Shown: positions 45,001 through 54,654, numbered from the stretch's first letter. The stretch is DNA of 64,000 nt from an uncultured bacterium (GCA_965233135.1 CBDDRM010000201.1:6580-70579), one strand, 5' to 3'. Made by a program: numbers and translations. The notes: a model not told the origin generated them from the sequence alone.

Positions 45001-45499
45001 GATGCTCAACGCCGCTGTCAAATCGCTGAAAGCCGGCAAGGAGCCCGAGCTTTTAGGCAATTTCAATCTCGGCACGGAGATCAACCTGCACACCCCGGCG
45101 CTGCTGCCGGAAGATTACTGCGCGGACGTTCACGAACGCCTCGTGCTGTACAAGCGACTGGCCAATTGCGAGACGCTCGACGAGCTCGAAGCGATGCAGG
45201 AGGAATTGGTGGACCGTTTCGGGTTGCCGCCCGAGCCCGCCCAGTGCCTGCTCGAAACGCACCGTCTGCGCATCGCATCGAAGCCCTTCGGCATTGCACG
45301 CATCGATGCCGGACCCGACGCGCTGAGTCTGCAATTCATCCCGAACCCGCCGGTCGATCCGATGCGGATCATCAAACTCGTGCAGTCGCGCAGACACTAC
45401 AAGCTGGCCGGTCCGGACCGTCTGAGAATCGAGGCGAGTATGCCGGACGTGGCTGCGCGCACGGAGCAGGTCCGCCTGGTGCTGAAAGAGCTGCGGTAG
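42083..45499 (+). CDS. mfd: Transcription-repair coupling factor
   Basis: 1138 aa from ATG 42083. Helicase motifs LICGDVGFGKTEVALRAAF, IIDEEHRFGV and LTATPIPRTL, plus the TRG motif QLHQLRGRVGRS. The track start at 41960 would abut or overlap the ispD start. Confidence 0.95.
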   Translation: MQLPRLAPEPGARTKLPPLHDSADALALATLLRSPRPLLVLTESAQDAERLRLELAFFAPELRIFLFPDWETLPYDSFSPHQDLISERLATLYQITHEAFDVAVVPVTTALYRLPPASFIAGHTFFLKQGTKLPADTLRQQLALAGYAHVTQVVSPGEFCFRGGVVDLFPMGSALPYRIDLFDDEVDSIRTFDVDTQRSIYKVNDVRLLPAREFPTDDAARTAFRVRFREKFEGDPSKSRLYKDVSQGLMPAGIEYYLPLFFDRTATLFDYLPPATHVCLHRAIAEAVRQFWIDTQSRYNLLRGDPDRPLLPPADLFLREDEFFAGLKPFARIEAPGPGAAAESAAPLATEALPSVAVDRRAQNPLTSLATFCATFEGRVLLIAESLGRRETMLGLLREYGLQPVPCDSWGAFEQAEQPLMLTVGPLHAGFIDPERRIAIITENELYPSQVRTRATRERRIATEGLLRDLSEVKIGDPVVHSQHGIGRYLGLATMDLGEGATEFLTLEYEAGDRLYVPVSQLAVISRYSGASEEAAPLHKLGSGQWEKARRRAAAQVRDTAAELLNLYAQRALREGYAFKFKAHDYEAFREGFPFEETADQAAAIGAVLDDMQSGRPMDRLICGDVGFGKTEVALRAAFIAVADGKQVAVLVPTTLLAEQHFQTFTDRFADWPVKIVELSRFRSSKETTAALEGLAEGRVDIAIGTHKLLSRGLKFKNLGLTIIDEEHRFGVRQKEQLKALRAEVDVLTLTATPIPRTLAMSLEGLRDFSVIATAPQRRLAIKTFVAPISDGLIREAVLRELKRGGQVYFLHNEIDSIHTMEERLAKLLPEARIRIAHGQMPERELELVMRDFYQARFNVLLCTTIIETGIDVPTANTIIMNRADKFGLAQLHQLRGRVGRSHHQAYAYLLTPDEDAIGAQAKKRLDAIQMMEELGSGFYLAMHDLEIRGAGEVLGESQSGEMQEVGFALYAEMLNAAVKSLKAGKEPELLGNFNLGTEINLHTPALLPEDYCADVHERLVLYKRLANCETLDELEAMQEELVDRFGLPPEPAQCLLETHRLRIASKPFGIARIDAGPDALSLQFIPNPPVDPMRIIKLVQSRRHYKLAGPDRLRIEASMPDVAARTEQVRLVLKELR

Positions 45500-45530
45500 A
45501 GCGTTGCCGGACAGGCTGTCAGCTGACGCT

Positions 45531-45854
45531 TCAGTCCCATCTGTCGTCGCGAATAAAGACTTTTCCGCCTTCTACTTTCACCGGAAACGTAGCGGTAGGC
45601 TCGTAGGCCGGTGCGGAGAGCGCTTCTCCGGTCCTCACACAAAAACGCGCGCCGTGGCGAGGGCACACGATCTCGTCGCTCTCGATCGGCGTGCCGCTGG
45701 TGAGCACCGTACCATCGTGGGTGCAGACATCCTCGATCGCGTAGAACTCGCCGTTGACGTTAAAAACGGCGGCGATGCTGCCGTCAAGGTCGACGGTCTC
45801 GTAGTGACCAGGCTTGATACTTGCGGCGTCGGCAACGAAAATCCAGTCTGACAT
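45531..45854 (-). CDS. Rieske [2Fe-2S] ferredoxin-type protein (non-heme iron oxygenase ferredoxin subunit-like); last gene of the suf operon
   Basis: 107 aa. CTHDG...(17 aa)...CPRHGARF is the Rieske C-x-H / C-x-x-H pair. Confidence 0.85.
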   Translation of the reverse strand: MSDWIFVADAASIKPGHYETVDLDGSIAAVFNVNGEFYAIEDVCTHDGTVLTSGTPIESDEIVCPRHGARFCVRTGEALSAPAYEPTATFPVKVEGGKVFIRDDRWD

Positions 45855-45918
45855 GTTACGTGGGGCTAGGGTTAGCGGCTGGGGGATGACGTCACGACCT
45901 TCACGTCGTCACGGCTGT

Positions 45919-46497
45919 TCAGACTGCCACCACTTCCATTTCAGGATCGATACGCCGGACAAGCCCTTCGATCCCGGCGAGTGTGCCGGAAATAGAGCTG
46001 GGGCAACTGCCGCATGCACCCTGGTAGTGAACCTTGAGCGTGCTGCCTTCGAGCCCGACCACATAGAGGTCTCCCCCATCGCTTTGCAGATATGGTCGCA
46101 CCTCTTCGTCGAGCAATTCGTTGATCTGGTCGAGCTTGAGCTTATCCGTTTCAGAAAGTGCTGCGCCGCCTCCTTCATCCTGGGCCAGCCATGCGGCCGC
46201 CTTGGCGAATTCTTCCGAGGTCTTTTCCGCAGCGGGTGCCTCGCGAATCGGTGTCGCCACCTCGCGAAGCAGATTCTGCCAGTCCGCTTCACCATCCTGG
46301 GTCACGGTTATCCAGTTGTCGATATAGAACACGTTGGTGACATGTGGAATGGCGAACAGCTTTGTGGCGAGCTCGTCGCGTTGCGCCTGCTCTGAGTTCT
46401 CGAACGAGCGAGCCAGGCCATTCGTCAGGGGCTCCTTGAGCACAAACTTTCGCGCGTTCGGATTCGGCGTGTACTCGAGATCGGCGATCTTGGGCAT
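45919..46497 (-). CDS. Nfu-type Fe-S cluster scaffold/carrier (Nfu_N + NifU C-terminal domain)
   Basis: 192 aa from ATG 46497, which shares one base with the sufU stop (TGATG). The N-terminus is MPKIADLEYTPNPNARKFVL. The C-terminus has VRPYLQSDGGDLYVVGLEG...GACGSCPSS (CxxC). Confidence 0.8.
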   Translation of the reverse strand: MPKIADLEYTPNPNARKFVLKEPLTNGLARSFENSEQAQRDELATKLFAIPHVTNVFYIDNWITVTQDGEADWQNLLREVATPIREAPAAEKTSEEFAKAAAWLAQDEGGGAALSETDKLKLDQINELLDEEVRPYLQSDGGDLYVVGLEGSTLKVHYQGACGSCPSSISGTLAGIEGLVRRIDPEMEVVAV

Positions 46498-46979
46498 CAG
46501 CGTTCGGTCGGGACCGGATCCCGGTCGCCTTCGGTGGAAATGGTGGATTCGGCATTGAGCGCTGCATGCAGGGTATGCCACGGCAAGATTGCGCACTTGA
46601 CCCGAGATGGCAGGTCTCGCACGCCAGCAAAAACGCTGAGGTGGCCGAGGTGGTTGGGTTCGCTGGCCGTGTCCAGTTTGCCGGTGGCCATGTCGCGGAA
46701 TTCACGAACCAGCTGCTCGGCTTCCTCGACACTTTTTCCCTTTACATTGGTGGTCATCATCGAGGACGATGCCTTGCAAATCGCGCAGCTCTCTCCTTCG
46801 AACGCGATGCCTCCAATCTGGTTGCCGTTCAGCTGCAGGGACAGCCAGATGTGGTCGCCACACAGCGGATTCAAGCCTTCGGCATGATGCGTCGGATCCG
46901 CGATCTTGCCCCAGTTGCGCGGCTTCTTGTTGTGATCGAGGATCACTTCCTGATAAAGATGCTTGAATTCCATGATCAA
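46497..46979 (-). CDS. sufU: SUF system sulfur acceptor / zinc-dependent sulfurtransferase SufU (IscU-like)
   Basis: 160 aa. LYQEVILDHNKKPRNWG, NPLCGDHI, GESCAICKASSSMM and RVKCAILPW give the Cys/Asp ligand pattern of SufU. Confidence 0.85.
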   Translation of the reverse strand: MIMEFKHLYQEVILDHNKKPRNWGKIADPTHHAEGLNPLCGDHIWLSLQLNGNQIGGIAFEGESCAICKASSSMMTTNVKGKSVEEAEQLVREFRDMATGKLDTASEPNHLGHLSVFAGVRDLPSRVKCAILPWHTLHAALNAESTISTEGDRDPVPTER

Positions 46980-48242
46980 TCAGCCAAAAATCTTCCGGAC
47001 CTTGTGCAGTCCCGCGGCCAGGGCGTCGACTTCCGCCCGCGTGTTGTACAGATAGAACGAAGCACGCACCGTGGCCGCCACGCCGAATCGCTGCATGACC
47101 GGCTGGGCGCAGTGGTGTCCGGTGCGCACGGCGATACCTTCCTCGTTCAGGATGGTGCCGACATCGTGCGGATGAACACCTTTTACGCTGAAAGACAGCA
47201 CACCGGCCTTGTCCTTCGCGGTGCCGACGATACGCACGTCCTTCAAATCCTGAAAAACCTCCGTCGCATAGCTAATCAGGTCGTGCTCGTGCGCCGCGAT
47301 GCGGTCCATGCCGACGCTTTCAAGATAATCGATGGTTGCACCCAGCCCTATGCCGGCCGCAATGGGCGGAGTGCCCGCTTCGAACTTGTGCGGAATCGCG
47401 TTATAGGTTGTCTTCTCGAACGTGACCGACAGAATCATGTCGCCACCGCCTTTAAACGGCATCATTTTTTCAAGCAAGGCCGCTTTTCCGTACAACACGC
47501 CGATACCGGTGGGACCGCACATCTTGTGCGCGGAGAATGCATACAGGTCGCAATCCAGGTCCTGCACGTCCACCTTCATGTGAGGAACCGCCTGGGCACC
47601 GTCCACCAGAACCGGCACGCCGTTGCGATGGGCAAGGGCAATCATCTGCTTGACCGGATTGATGGTGCCCAGGGCGTTGGAGACGTGGGTGATGGCAACG
47701 AGTTTCGTGTGACTGTTGAACAGCCGCTCATATTCATCCAGTAGAAGTTCACCGGCGTCATTGCAAGGTATGACGCGCAAGCGAGCGCCCTTCTCCTCAC
47801 ACAGCATTTGCCACGGAACGATATTCGAATGATGCTCGAGTTGCGACACTATGATCTCGTCGCCGGCGCCGATGAAAGCCCGACCGAACCCGTGCATCAC
47901 AAGATTCAGAGCATCGGTGGTGCCGCTTGTAAAAATGACCTCGCGCGTTTCCCTGGCATTAATGAAACGCTGGATCCGGCTGCGAGCCCCTTCATAGGCA
48001 GCGGTCGCGGTCTCCGAAAGGTAATGCACGCCGCGGTGGATGTTGGCATGCTCCGCAGTCTGGTAGCGCACCAGCCGGTCAATCACCTGCTGAGGCATCT
48101 GGCTACTGGCCGCATTGTCCAGGAATACCAGCGGCTTGCCGTTGACCTTGAGCTTCAGGATCGGAAAATCGGCGCGAAGCCGCTCGACATCGAGCGCACC
48201 GGTGGAGCGCATGGCGTGAACAACGGAATGCGTGGAACTCAT
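46980..48242 (-). CDS. sufS: Cysteine desulfurase SufS (group II)
   Basis: 420 aa. LDNAASSQ, EHHSNIVPWQ, FSAHKMCGPTGIG (PLP Lys) and RTGHHCAQP (active-site Cys loop). Confidence 0.93.
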   Translation of the reverse strand: MSSTHSVVHAMRSTGALDVERLRADFPILKLKVNGKPLVFLDNAASSQMPQQVIDRLVRYQTAEHANIHRGVHYLSETATAAYEGARSRIQRFINARETREVIFTSGTTDALNLVMHGFGRAFIGAGDEIIVSQLEHHSNIVPWQMLCEEKGARLRVIPCNDAGELLLDEYERLFNSHTKLVAITHVSNALGTINPVKQMIALAHRNGVPVLVDGAQAVPHMKVDVQDLDCDLYAFSAHKMCGPTGIGVLYGKAALLEKMMPFKGGGDMILSVTFEKTTYNAIPHKFEAGTPPIAAGIGLGATIDYLESVGMDRIAAHEHDLISYATEVFQDLKDVRIVGTAKDKAGVLSFSVKGVHPHDVGTILNEEGIAVRTGHHCAQPVMQRFGVAATVRASFYLYNTRAEVDALAAGLHKVRKIFG

Positions 48243-49543
48243 GCGTCCTTTCTCCCCTGCGTCTGCTCGAGCACGGCTTTTTCCAGCCGCTCCACTATGG
48301 ACTTCACGGGAATGCGTTCGATGACTTGCGCGGCAAATGCATAGGTCAACAGATTACGGGCCGCGGCCTCGGATAATCCGCGGCTCTTGAGGTAAAACAG
48401 TTCATCGGCCTCCAGCTCACCGACCGTCGCGCCGTGCGCGCACCTGACGACGTCGGCGTAGATTTCCAGTTGGGGCTTTGCGTCGACGCGCGCCTTGTCG
48501 GAAATCAGTAAATTACGCGACTGCTGGCCTGAGTCCGTCTGTTGGGCGCCCGGGCGCACCACTATCTTGCCGTTGAACACGGCGTGCGCGCCGCCCCCGA
48601 CCACCGTCTTGTGCAACTGCCGGCTGCGTCCAAGCGCATGCGCGTGATCGATACTGCTATGCAGATCCGCCAATTGCCGGCCGCCGATCATCGTAAGGCC
48701 GTCAACTGAAAATTCGGTTGCTTTGCCGGCCTGCGTAACAAAGAGATTGTGACGGGAGATCCGCGCTCCCAGCGTCATGGTCCAAACGCCGTAAAAGCCG
48801 TCCTGCGCGACCCGCACCGACGTATTGCCAATGTGAAATCCTGTGGGCGCCTCGCGCTGCAGTCTCACGTGAGACACCCGCGCATTCTCGGCGATGCTGA
48901 ATTCGCTTACGGCATCGGTCAGATAGGCGCCTTCGGCGGTCCCGATAAAATCCTCGACCACTGTGCACTGCGCGCCGCTCTCCGCGACTACCAGCACGCG
49001 CGGATAGATCGCGCTGTCCTTCCGGGTGGCCACGAACAATATATGAATGGGCCGTTCAATCGCGCGATTGCGCGCGACATGAATCAGGGCCCCGTCCTGC
49101 AGGAAGGCCGTATTGACCGCTGCGAACGCGTCGTGCTCGAAATCGGCAAGTTGCGCAAGATGCGTTCTGGCAATGCCTTCCGCTGGTCCCGACAGGCTGC
49201 CCAGAGCGGCCACGCTCATGCCTTCGTCCGCGGTCATCTCCGACAGATCCGCTGAGAACCGGCCATCCACGAAGACGAGGCGGGTCTGCGCTTCCGGAAC
49301 CGCGTGTTCGCGCACCAGGGATGGCTCGACTTTCGCGCCCCCCGCCGCGGGCTTGAAGGCAACCTTGTAAATGGGCGACAGATCGGTAAAACGCCACTCT
49401 TCATCGCGCGTCGTGGGGACGGTCAATTCGTTGGCGCGCTCCACCGCGCGCATGCGTAACGACCGCTGCCACGCGCCGCCGGTGTCCGCCAACGCGTCCC
49501 GGCCCTGCAGCAGGTTGCCCAAATAATCGTCGACGTGTATCAC
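48239..49543 (-). CDS. sufD: Fe-S cluster assembly protein SufD
   Basis: 434 aa. Its position between sufC and sufS, 4-nt overlaps on both sides, and the C-terminal beta-helix motif QLEIYADVVRCAHGATVGELEADELFYLKSRGL. Confidence 0.9.
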   Translation of the reverse strand: MIHVDDYLGNLLQGRDALADTGGAWQRSLRMRAVERANELTVPTTRDEEWRFTDLSPIYKVAFKPAAGGAKVEPSLVREHAVPEAQTRLVFVDGRFSADLSEMTADEGMSVAALGSLSGPAEGIARTHLAQLADFEHDAFAAVNTAFLQDGALIHVARNRAIERPIHILFVATRKDSAIYPRVLVVAESGAQCTVVEDFIGTAEGAYLTDAVSEFSIAENARVSHVRLQREAPTGFHIGNTSVRVAQDGFYGVWTMTLGARISRHNLFVTQAGKATEFSVDGLTMIGGRQLADLHSSIDHAHALGRSRQLHKTVVGGGAHAVFNGKIVVRPGAQQTDSGQQSRNLLISDKARVDAKPQLEIYADVVRCAHGATVGELEADELFYLKSRGLSEAAARNLLTYAFAAQVIERIPVKSIVERLEKAVLEQTQGRKDA

Positions 49544-50328
49544 GCCGCAACCCCGCCCTTCGCTTCGGCCGCCACCCAGTCATATCCACGCTTCTCGAGT
49601 TCCAAGGCCAGCGATTTATCCCCGGTCTTGATGATGCGCCCGCCCTCCATGACGTGTACGTAGTCGGGCACGATGTAATTGAGAAGCCGCTGGTAATGCG
49701 TGACCAGAACAAGACCGGAATCCGCGTTATGCAGCTTGTTCACACCGTTTGCCACCACGCGCAGCGCGTCGATGTCCAGTCCCGAGTCCGTCTCGTCGAG
49801 AACCGCGAGCTTGGGCGCGAGCAGCGCCATTTGCAGAATTTCATTGCGTTTCTTCTCGCCCCCGGAAAAACCGGCGTTGACGCTGCGTTCAAGAAACGAC
49901 GCGTCGATTTCCAGCAATTTCATTTTCTCGCGCACGAAATCATCGAACTCCAGCGGATCAAGTTCATCGGCCCCGCGGGCGCCCAGAACAGTGTTGTATG
50001 CCAGCCGCAGAAACGCGCTGTTGGTCACGCCGGGTACTTCGATCGGATACTGGAAACCCAGAAATACACCCGCTCGTGCGCGTTCCTCCGGCGCCAGCGC
50101 GAGCAAGTCGGCGCCCTCGAAAAGCACCGTCCCGCCGGTAACCTCGTAGGATGGATGCCCGGACAGCACCTTGGCAAAGGTGCTTTTCCCGGAACCGTTA
50201 GGCCCCATGATCGCGTGCACTTCGCCAGCCCGAACCGTGAAATTGATTCCCTTGAGGATGGTTCGCTGGTCGATCTGCGCAGTGAGATCGCGAACTTCCA
50301 GCAAAACGGGTGCGTTCTTTCTGATCAT
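49540..50328 (-). CDS. sufC: Fe-S cluster assembly ATPase SufC
   Basis: 262 aa. Walker [10 protein letters not shown], signature [11 protein letters not shown] and Walker [13 protein letters not shown]. Confidence 0.95.
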   Translation of the reverse strand: MIRKNAPVLLEVRDLTAQIDQRTILKGINFTVRAGEVHAIMGPNGSGKSTFAKVLSGHPSYEVTGGTVLFEGADLLALAPEERARAGVFLGFQYPIEVPGVTNSAFLRLAYNTVLGARGADELDPLEFDDFVREKMKLLEIDASFLERSVNAGFSGGEKKRNEILQMALLAPKLAVLDETDSGLDIDALRVVANGVNKLHNADSGLVLVTHYQRLLNYIVPDYVHVMEGGRIIKTGDKSLALELEKRGYDWVAAEAKGGVAA

Positions 50329-51758
50329 CCGACGCTTCCCTCCAGTTTGAGACCCAGCAACTTGGTCGCCTCCACGGCGAACTCCATTGGCAGCTGCACG
50401 AATACGTCTTGCACGAAACCGTTGATGATCATGGAAACCGCATCTTCCGCGTCGATGCCGCGACTGGAAAAATAGAACAGCTGATCCTCCCCGATCTTTG
50501 ACGTCGAGGCTTCATGCTCGACTTTCGCCGTGCTGTTGTTGACCTGAATATAAGGGAACGTGTTGGCGCCGCACCGATCGCCGATCAACATGGAATCGCA
50601 CTGCGAAAAATTGCGCGCCCCTTCCGCGCGGGCACCGATCTTCACCAAACCGCGGTAACTGTTGTTCGACACACCGGCGGATATACCTTTGGAAATGATC
50701 TTGCTGCGAGTGTTCTTGCCGATATGCACCATCTTCGTACCGGTGTCGGCTTGCTGGTGGTGGTTGGTCAGCGCGACCGAATAGAACTCTCCCACCGAGT
50801 TATCGCCCTGCAAGATACAGGAGGGATACTTCCAGGTGATCGCCGAGCCCGTCTCGACTTGCGTCCAGGAGATCTTGGAGTTAGCGCCCTTGCATAACCC
50901 GCGCTTGGTCACAAAATTGTAGATCCCGCCCTTGCCCTGTTCGTCTCCTGCATACCAGTTTTGCACCGTCGAGTACTTGATTTCAGCATTTTCGAGGGCT
51001 ACCAGTTCAACGACGGCCGCATGCAACTGGTTGGTATCGAACTTCGGCGCGGTGCACCCCTCAAGGTAGGAGACGTGCGCACCTTCCTCGGCAACGATCA
51101 GCGTGCGCTCGAACTGTCCCGATTCCTGCGTATTGATGCGAAAGTAAGTGGACAATTCCATCGGACAACGCACCCCTTTGGGGATGAAGCAGAACGAGCC
51201 GTCGGTGAACACGGCAGAGTTGAGCGCTGCATAAAAATTGTCACCCGCCGGCACGACAGTGCCCAGATACTGACGCACCAGGTCGGGATAATCTTTGACC
51301 GCCTCGGAGAACGAACAGAAGATGACCCCGGCTTCGGCGAGCTTCTTTCTGAACGTCGTCGCCACCGATACGCTGTCGAAAATGACATCTACGGCCACGC
51401 CGGCCAGGGCCTGGCGTTCGTTCATGGGTACGCCCAGTTTCTCAAAGGTGCGCAGCAACTCCGGATCCACCTCATCCATGGAGGCCAGTTTTTTCGGCTT
51501 GGGCGCGGAAAAATAACTGATGTCCTGGAAATCGATCCTCGGATACTTGACGTTCGGCCACGCCGGCTCGGACATCGTCAACCAGTGGCGGTAAGCATTC
51601 AGCCTGAACTCGAGCAGCCACTCGGGCTCGCTCTTCTTGGCTGATATGAGACGAATGACGTCCTCGTTCAATCCTTTTGCGACGACATCGGATTCGATGT
51701 CGGAGACGAATCCATGCTTGTAAGGTTGGTTGACCAGGTTCTGGATGACTGCACTCAC
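50325..51758 (-). CDS. sufB: Fe-S cluster assembly scaffold SufB
   Basis: 477 aa, with typical SufB sequence throughout (for example [13 protein letters not shown]...[21 protein letters not shown]). Confidence 0.95.
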   Translation of the reverse strand: MSAVIQNLVNQPYKHGFVSDIESDVVAKGLNEDVIRLISAKKSEPEWLLEFRLNAYRHWLTMSEPAWPNVKYPRIDFQDISYFSAPKPKKLASMDEVDPELLRTFEKLGVPMNERQALAGVAVDVIFDSVSVATTFRKKLAEAGVIFCSFSEAVKDYPDLVRQYLGTVVPAGDNFYAALNSAVFTDGSFCFIPKGVRCPMELSTYFRINTQESGQFERTLIVAEEGAHVSYLEGCTAPKFDTNQLHAAVVELVALENAEIKYSTVQNWYAGDEQGKGGIYNFVTKRGLCKGANSKISWTQVETGSAITWKYPSCILQGDNSVGEFYSVALTNHHQQADTGTKMVHIGKNTRSKIISKGISAGVSNNSYRGLVKIGARAEGARNFSQCDSMLIGDRCGANTFPYIQVNNSTAKVEHEASTSKIGEDQLFYFSSRGIDAEDAVSMIINGFVQDVFVQLPMEFAVEATKLLGLKLEGSVG

Positions 51759-51773
51759 TGTGTCCTCCTCGAA

Positions 51774-52103
51774 TCAGATCTTGTCGACGGTGAAACTTTC
51801 ACCACAACCACACATTGCGGTCGCCTTGGGATTTTCAACTTTGAACGCCTCGTTCAAGCCTTCGCGCGCATAGTCGAGGACCGATCCGTCGATAAACTCC
51901 AGGCTTTTCTTGTCCACCACGACTTTCACGTCGCGCGTTTCGAACAAGTGGTCGTTGGCACCGATTTCTTGGGCATAGTCGAAAGTATATGCAAGCCCCG
52001 AACAGCCCACTGTCTTGACGCCAAGTCGCAGGCCTACCCCTCCTCGCTTCGCGAGGGCATTGCGAATGTGTCTGGCCGCATTCTCGGTTACTGTGATTGC
52101 CAT
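51774..52103 (-). CDS. sufA: A-type Fe-S cluster carrier (SufA/IscA/HesB family)
   Basis: 109 aa. LRLGVKTVGCSGLAY and a C-terminal CGCGESF motif. Confidence 0.88.
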   Translation of the reverse strand: MAITVTENAARHIRNALAKRGGVGLRLGVKTVGCSGLAYTFDYAQEIGANDHLFETRDVKVVVDKKSLEFIDGSVLDYAREGLNEAFKVENPKATAMCGCGESFTVDKI

Positions 52104-52131
52104 GTGCGTTTGCTCCGTCGATGTCCCGCGC

Positions 52132-53274
52132 CTAGACGGCCACTGCCGTCAAGCGCCGCAACCTTGATACGGTTGCGTCAAGCGCATGCAAGAAATTTTT
52201 CACTTCTTCAACCGTGTTCTGGGCTCCAAAGCTCACCCTGACCGCGCCACGGGCAAGTTCCGGGCTTACGCCCATCGCCAGCAGCGTGGCACTCGGGTCC
52301 GTGCTGGTGCTCGAACATGCCGCTCCGCTTGCCACCGCGAAACCCGCCTTATCCAATTCGATAACCAGCGTCTCTCCGTCGATGTCCGAAAAAGCAAAGT
52401 ACGTCGTATTCGGGAGGCGCTCGGCGCTGCCGCCGAATATAGTTGCGCCCAGTGCTGCCGCACCGTGCTCCGCGAGGTCCCGCAGTTGGCTTGTGCGTTG
52501 CGCAAGCGCCTGCATGCGCTCTGTAGCCAGGGCGCAAGCGGCGCCGAACCCCACGATGGCGGGCACATTCTCCGTGCCCGAACGCATGCCGCGCTCATGA
52601 CCGCCGCCGTGCACGATCGGCTTCAACTCCAGGCGCTTGTCCACGATCAGCGCACCAATGCCTTTCGGCCCATAAATCTTGTGTGCCGACAGACTCATGG
52701 CGTGTACCCCCAGCGCCTGAAAATCCACCTGGATCTTGCCGAGCGCCTGCACCGCGTCGGTATGCATCCACGCGCGCGTTTCGCGAGCCATGGCGGCGAG
52801 TTGCGCAACCGGCTGAATCACGCCGGTTTCATTGTTCGCCAACATGACCGAGACCAGCGCCGCGGGTTCGCGCAGGAGCACTCGCGCAGCTTCCAGATCG
52901 ATGCGTCCCCGGCTGTCGACCGACAGTTTGCGCAATGTCCATCCCTGCCGTATCAGATCCTGCGCAGGCTTGGCCACACACGGATGCTCGATTGCGCTCA
53001 CCGCAACTTGCGCTGGTTTCAGATAGGCAGCAGCGCCGCGCACGAACAGATTGTTCGCCTCGGTTCCGCCGGACACGAAAACTACCTGCGTTGGCTGCAC
53101 GTTTACCGTGCTGGCGATTTGTTCGCGCGCGTTCTCGACTGCACGGCGGGCCCGGGTACCGAAATCATGGCGACTCGATGCATTGCCAAAGTCCTGCCTC
53201 AGAAACGGCAGCATTTGCGCGAGAACGCGCTCGTCGATCGGCGTCGTCGCATTATGATCAAAATATGCTTGCAT
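52132..53274 (-). CDS. Cysteine desulfurase, group I (NifS/IscS-like, 380 aa)
   Basis: FDHNATTP, GGTEANN, SAHKIYGPKGIG (PLP Lys), GGGHERGMRSGTENV and ASGAACSS (group I active-site Cys loop). Confidence 0.88.
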   Translation of the reverse strand: MQAYFDHNATTPIDERVLAQMLPFLRQDFGNASSRHDFGTRARRAVENAREQIASTVNVQPTQVVFVSGGTEANNLFVRGAAAYLKPAQVAVSAIEHPCVAKPAQDLIRQGWTLRKLSVDSRGRIDLEAARVLLREPAALVSVMLANNETGVIQPVAQLAAMARETRAWMHTDAVQALGKIQVDFQALGVHAMSLSAHKIYGPKGIGALIVDKRLELKPIVHGGGHERGMRSGTENVPAIVGFGAACALATERMQALAQRTSQLRDLAEHGAAALGATIFGGSAERLPNTTYFAFSDIDGETLVIELDKAGFAVASGAACSSTSTDPSATLLAMGVSPELARGAVRVSFGAQNTVEEVKNFLHALDATVSRLRRLTAVAV

Positions 53275-53283
53275 CGAGCATCC

Positions 53284-53769
53284 TTATACAGCCGCCGGCT
53301 CTTTCGCCTTGCCCGCGCTCGAGCGGTTGTCATGTATGTGCATGACTGCCACGTCGCTCGATTTCTTGAGTTGCTTGTCCACGAGCTCAGACAATTTGAC
53401 CGCGCGCAGATAGTCAAAGATGTGGCGATTCAGATCGGTCCACAAGTCATGCGTGATGCATTTCTTGTCGTCCTTGCAGTTTTCCTTCCCACCGCACTGG
53501 GTGGCGTCAATCGGTTCGTCCACGGCAATAATGATGTCGGCAACCGATACCTGGTCCGTGCGCCCAGCCAGGTTATAACCGCCGCCCGGGCCCCGCACAC
53601 TCTTTACCAGTGCCCGGCGACGCAGCTTGCCGAACAACTGCTCCAGGTACGAAAGAGAAATCTTCTGGCGTTCACTGATATCCGCGAGCGTCACAGGCCC
53701 TGACGCGTTATTCAGCGCCAGATCAATCATTGCCGTTACCGCAAAGCGTCCTTTCGTGGTCAATCTCAT
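53284..53769 (-). CDS. iscR: Rrf2-family Fe-S cluster regulator IscR
   Basis: From ATG 53769. MRLTTKGRFAVTAMIDLAL (wHTH), and the cluster ligands CGGKENCKDDKKCITHDLW (C-x6-C-x5-C-x2-H, comparable to E. coli IscR). Two IscR type-1 boxes lie upstream. Confidence 0.88.
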   Translation of the reverse strand: MRLTTKGRFAVTAMIDLALNNASGPVTLADISERQKISLSYLEQLFGKLRRRALVKSVRGPGGGYNLAGRTDQVSVADIIIAVDEPIDATQCGGKENCKDDKKCITHDLWTDLNRHIFDYLRAVKLSELVDKQLKKSSDVAVMHIHDNRSSAGKAKEPAAV

Positions 53770-53820
53770 GATCGCCCCCAATAAATTGCAGTGATTTCAA
53801 TAATATATTGATTCAATCCA

Positions 53821-53874
53821 AATCCCGACTAGGCCAGTCAAGTTTAGCAAAACCTGACTACTTTAGTCAACTAT
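53821..53874 (-). promoter_or_regulatory. Two putative IscR type-1 operator boxes (GACT-N5-AGTC) upstream of iscR
   Basis: Box at 53850..53874 (AAACCTGACTACTTTAGTCAACTAT) matches the type-1 consensus ATASYYGACTRWWWYAGTCRRSTAT, as I recall it, at 23/25 positions. Box at 53821..53845 (minus strand AAACTTGACTGGCCTAGTCGGGATT) matches 19/25. Centres are 29 bp apart, 52-105 bp upstream of the iscR ATG. The distal box overlaps the cysE stop codon. Confidence 0.6.
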
Positions 53875-54615
53875 GCGATTGAGATAAGACGGGTCGAACT
53901 TATCCGCTGTGGCACGCGCGTCTTCCAATTTGACGCCCATGCGCGCGAGTTGTTCGAGGATGTAGTCGATGCGCTGATCCGCCGATACACAATGGTCGAT
54001 GAGCCCATGTATGGCCTTGACCATCGGGTCGTTGGCATCTGCTCCAACGCCATAGGCGGAAAAACCCATCTTCGCGGCGCTTTCCTCGCGGGCACTCTTG
54101 GTCTCGTCGTCGAGGATGCGAGCCGGAATACCGACTGCGGTCGCACAGTCGGGCACATCTTTGACGACTACGGCGTTCGACCCGATCTTGGCGCCGCGGC
54201 CGATGGTGATCGGGCCGAGAATCTTTGCCCCTGCGCCCACGACCACTCCGTTGCCCAGAGTGGGATGACGCTTACCCTTGTTCCATGAAGTTCCGCCCAG
54301 CGTCACGCCGTGGTAGAGCGTGCAATCGTCGCCGATCTGCGCGGTTTCGCCGATGACCACACCCATCCCGTGGTCGATGAAAAAACGCCGACCGATCCTC
54401 GCTCCGGGATGGATTTCGATACCGGTGAGCCAGCGGCCAAAATGTGAGGTAAAGCGCGCCAGCCACTTCAGGTTCCATATCCAGAGTCGATGGGATACCC
54501 GGTGGAACAGGAGTGCATGAAACCCGGGATAGCAGGTAATGACCTCCCAGGCAGAGCGCGCAGCCGGGTCGCGGTCGAATACCACACGGATCTCTTCTCT
54601 TATACGGTCCAGCAT
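53863..54615 (-). CDS. cysE: Serine O-acetyltransferase
   Basis: 250 aa. Hexapeptide-repeat region [44 protein letters not shown] is typical of CysE. Confidence 0.92.
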   Translation of the reverse strand: MLDRIREEIRVVFDRDPAARSAWEVITCYPGFHALLFHRVSHRLWIWNLKWLARFTSHFGRWLTGIEIHPGARIGRRFFIDHGMGVVIGETAQIGDDCTLYHGVTLGGTSWNKGKRHPTLGNGVVVGAGAKILGPITIGRGAKIGSNAVVVKDVPDCATAVGIPARILDDETKSAREESAAKMGFSAYGVGADANDPMVKAIHGLIDHCVSADQRIDYILEQLARMGVKLEDARATADKFDPSYLNRIVD

Positions 54616-54654
54616 GAAAACCCTTTTATTACTGTGGGTTGGAATATGACTATT

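Noticed and set aside
46566-47744. 392-aa + ORF
   Set aside because: It lies antisense to sufU and sufS.
52186-53703. 505-aa + ORF
   Set aside because: It lies antisense to the NifS-like desulfurase and iscR and crosses their intergenic gap.
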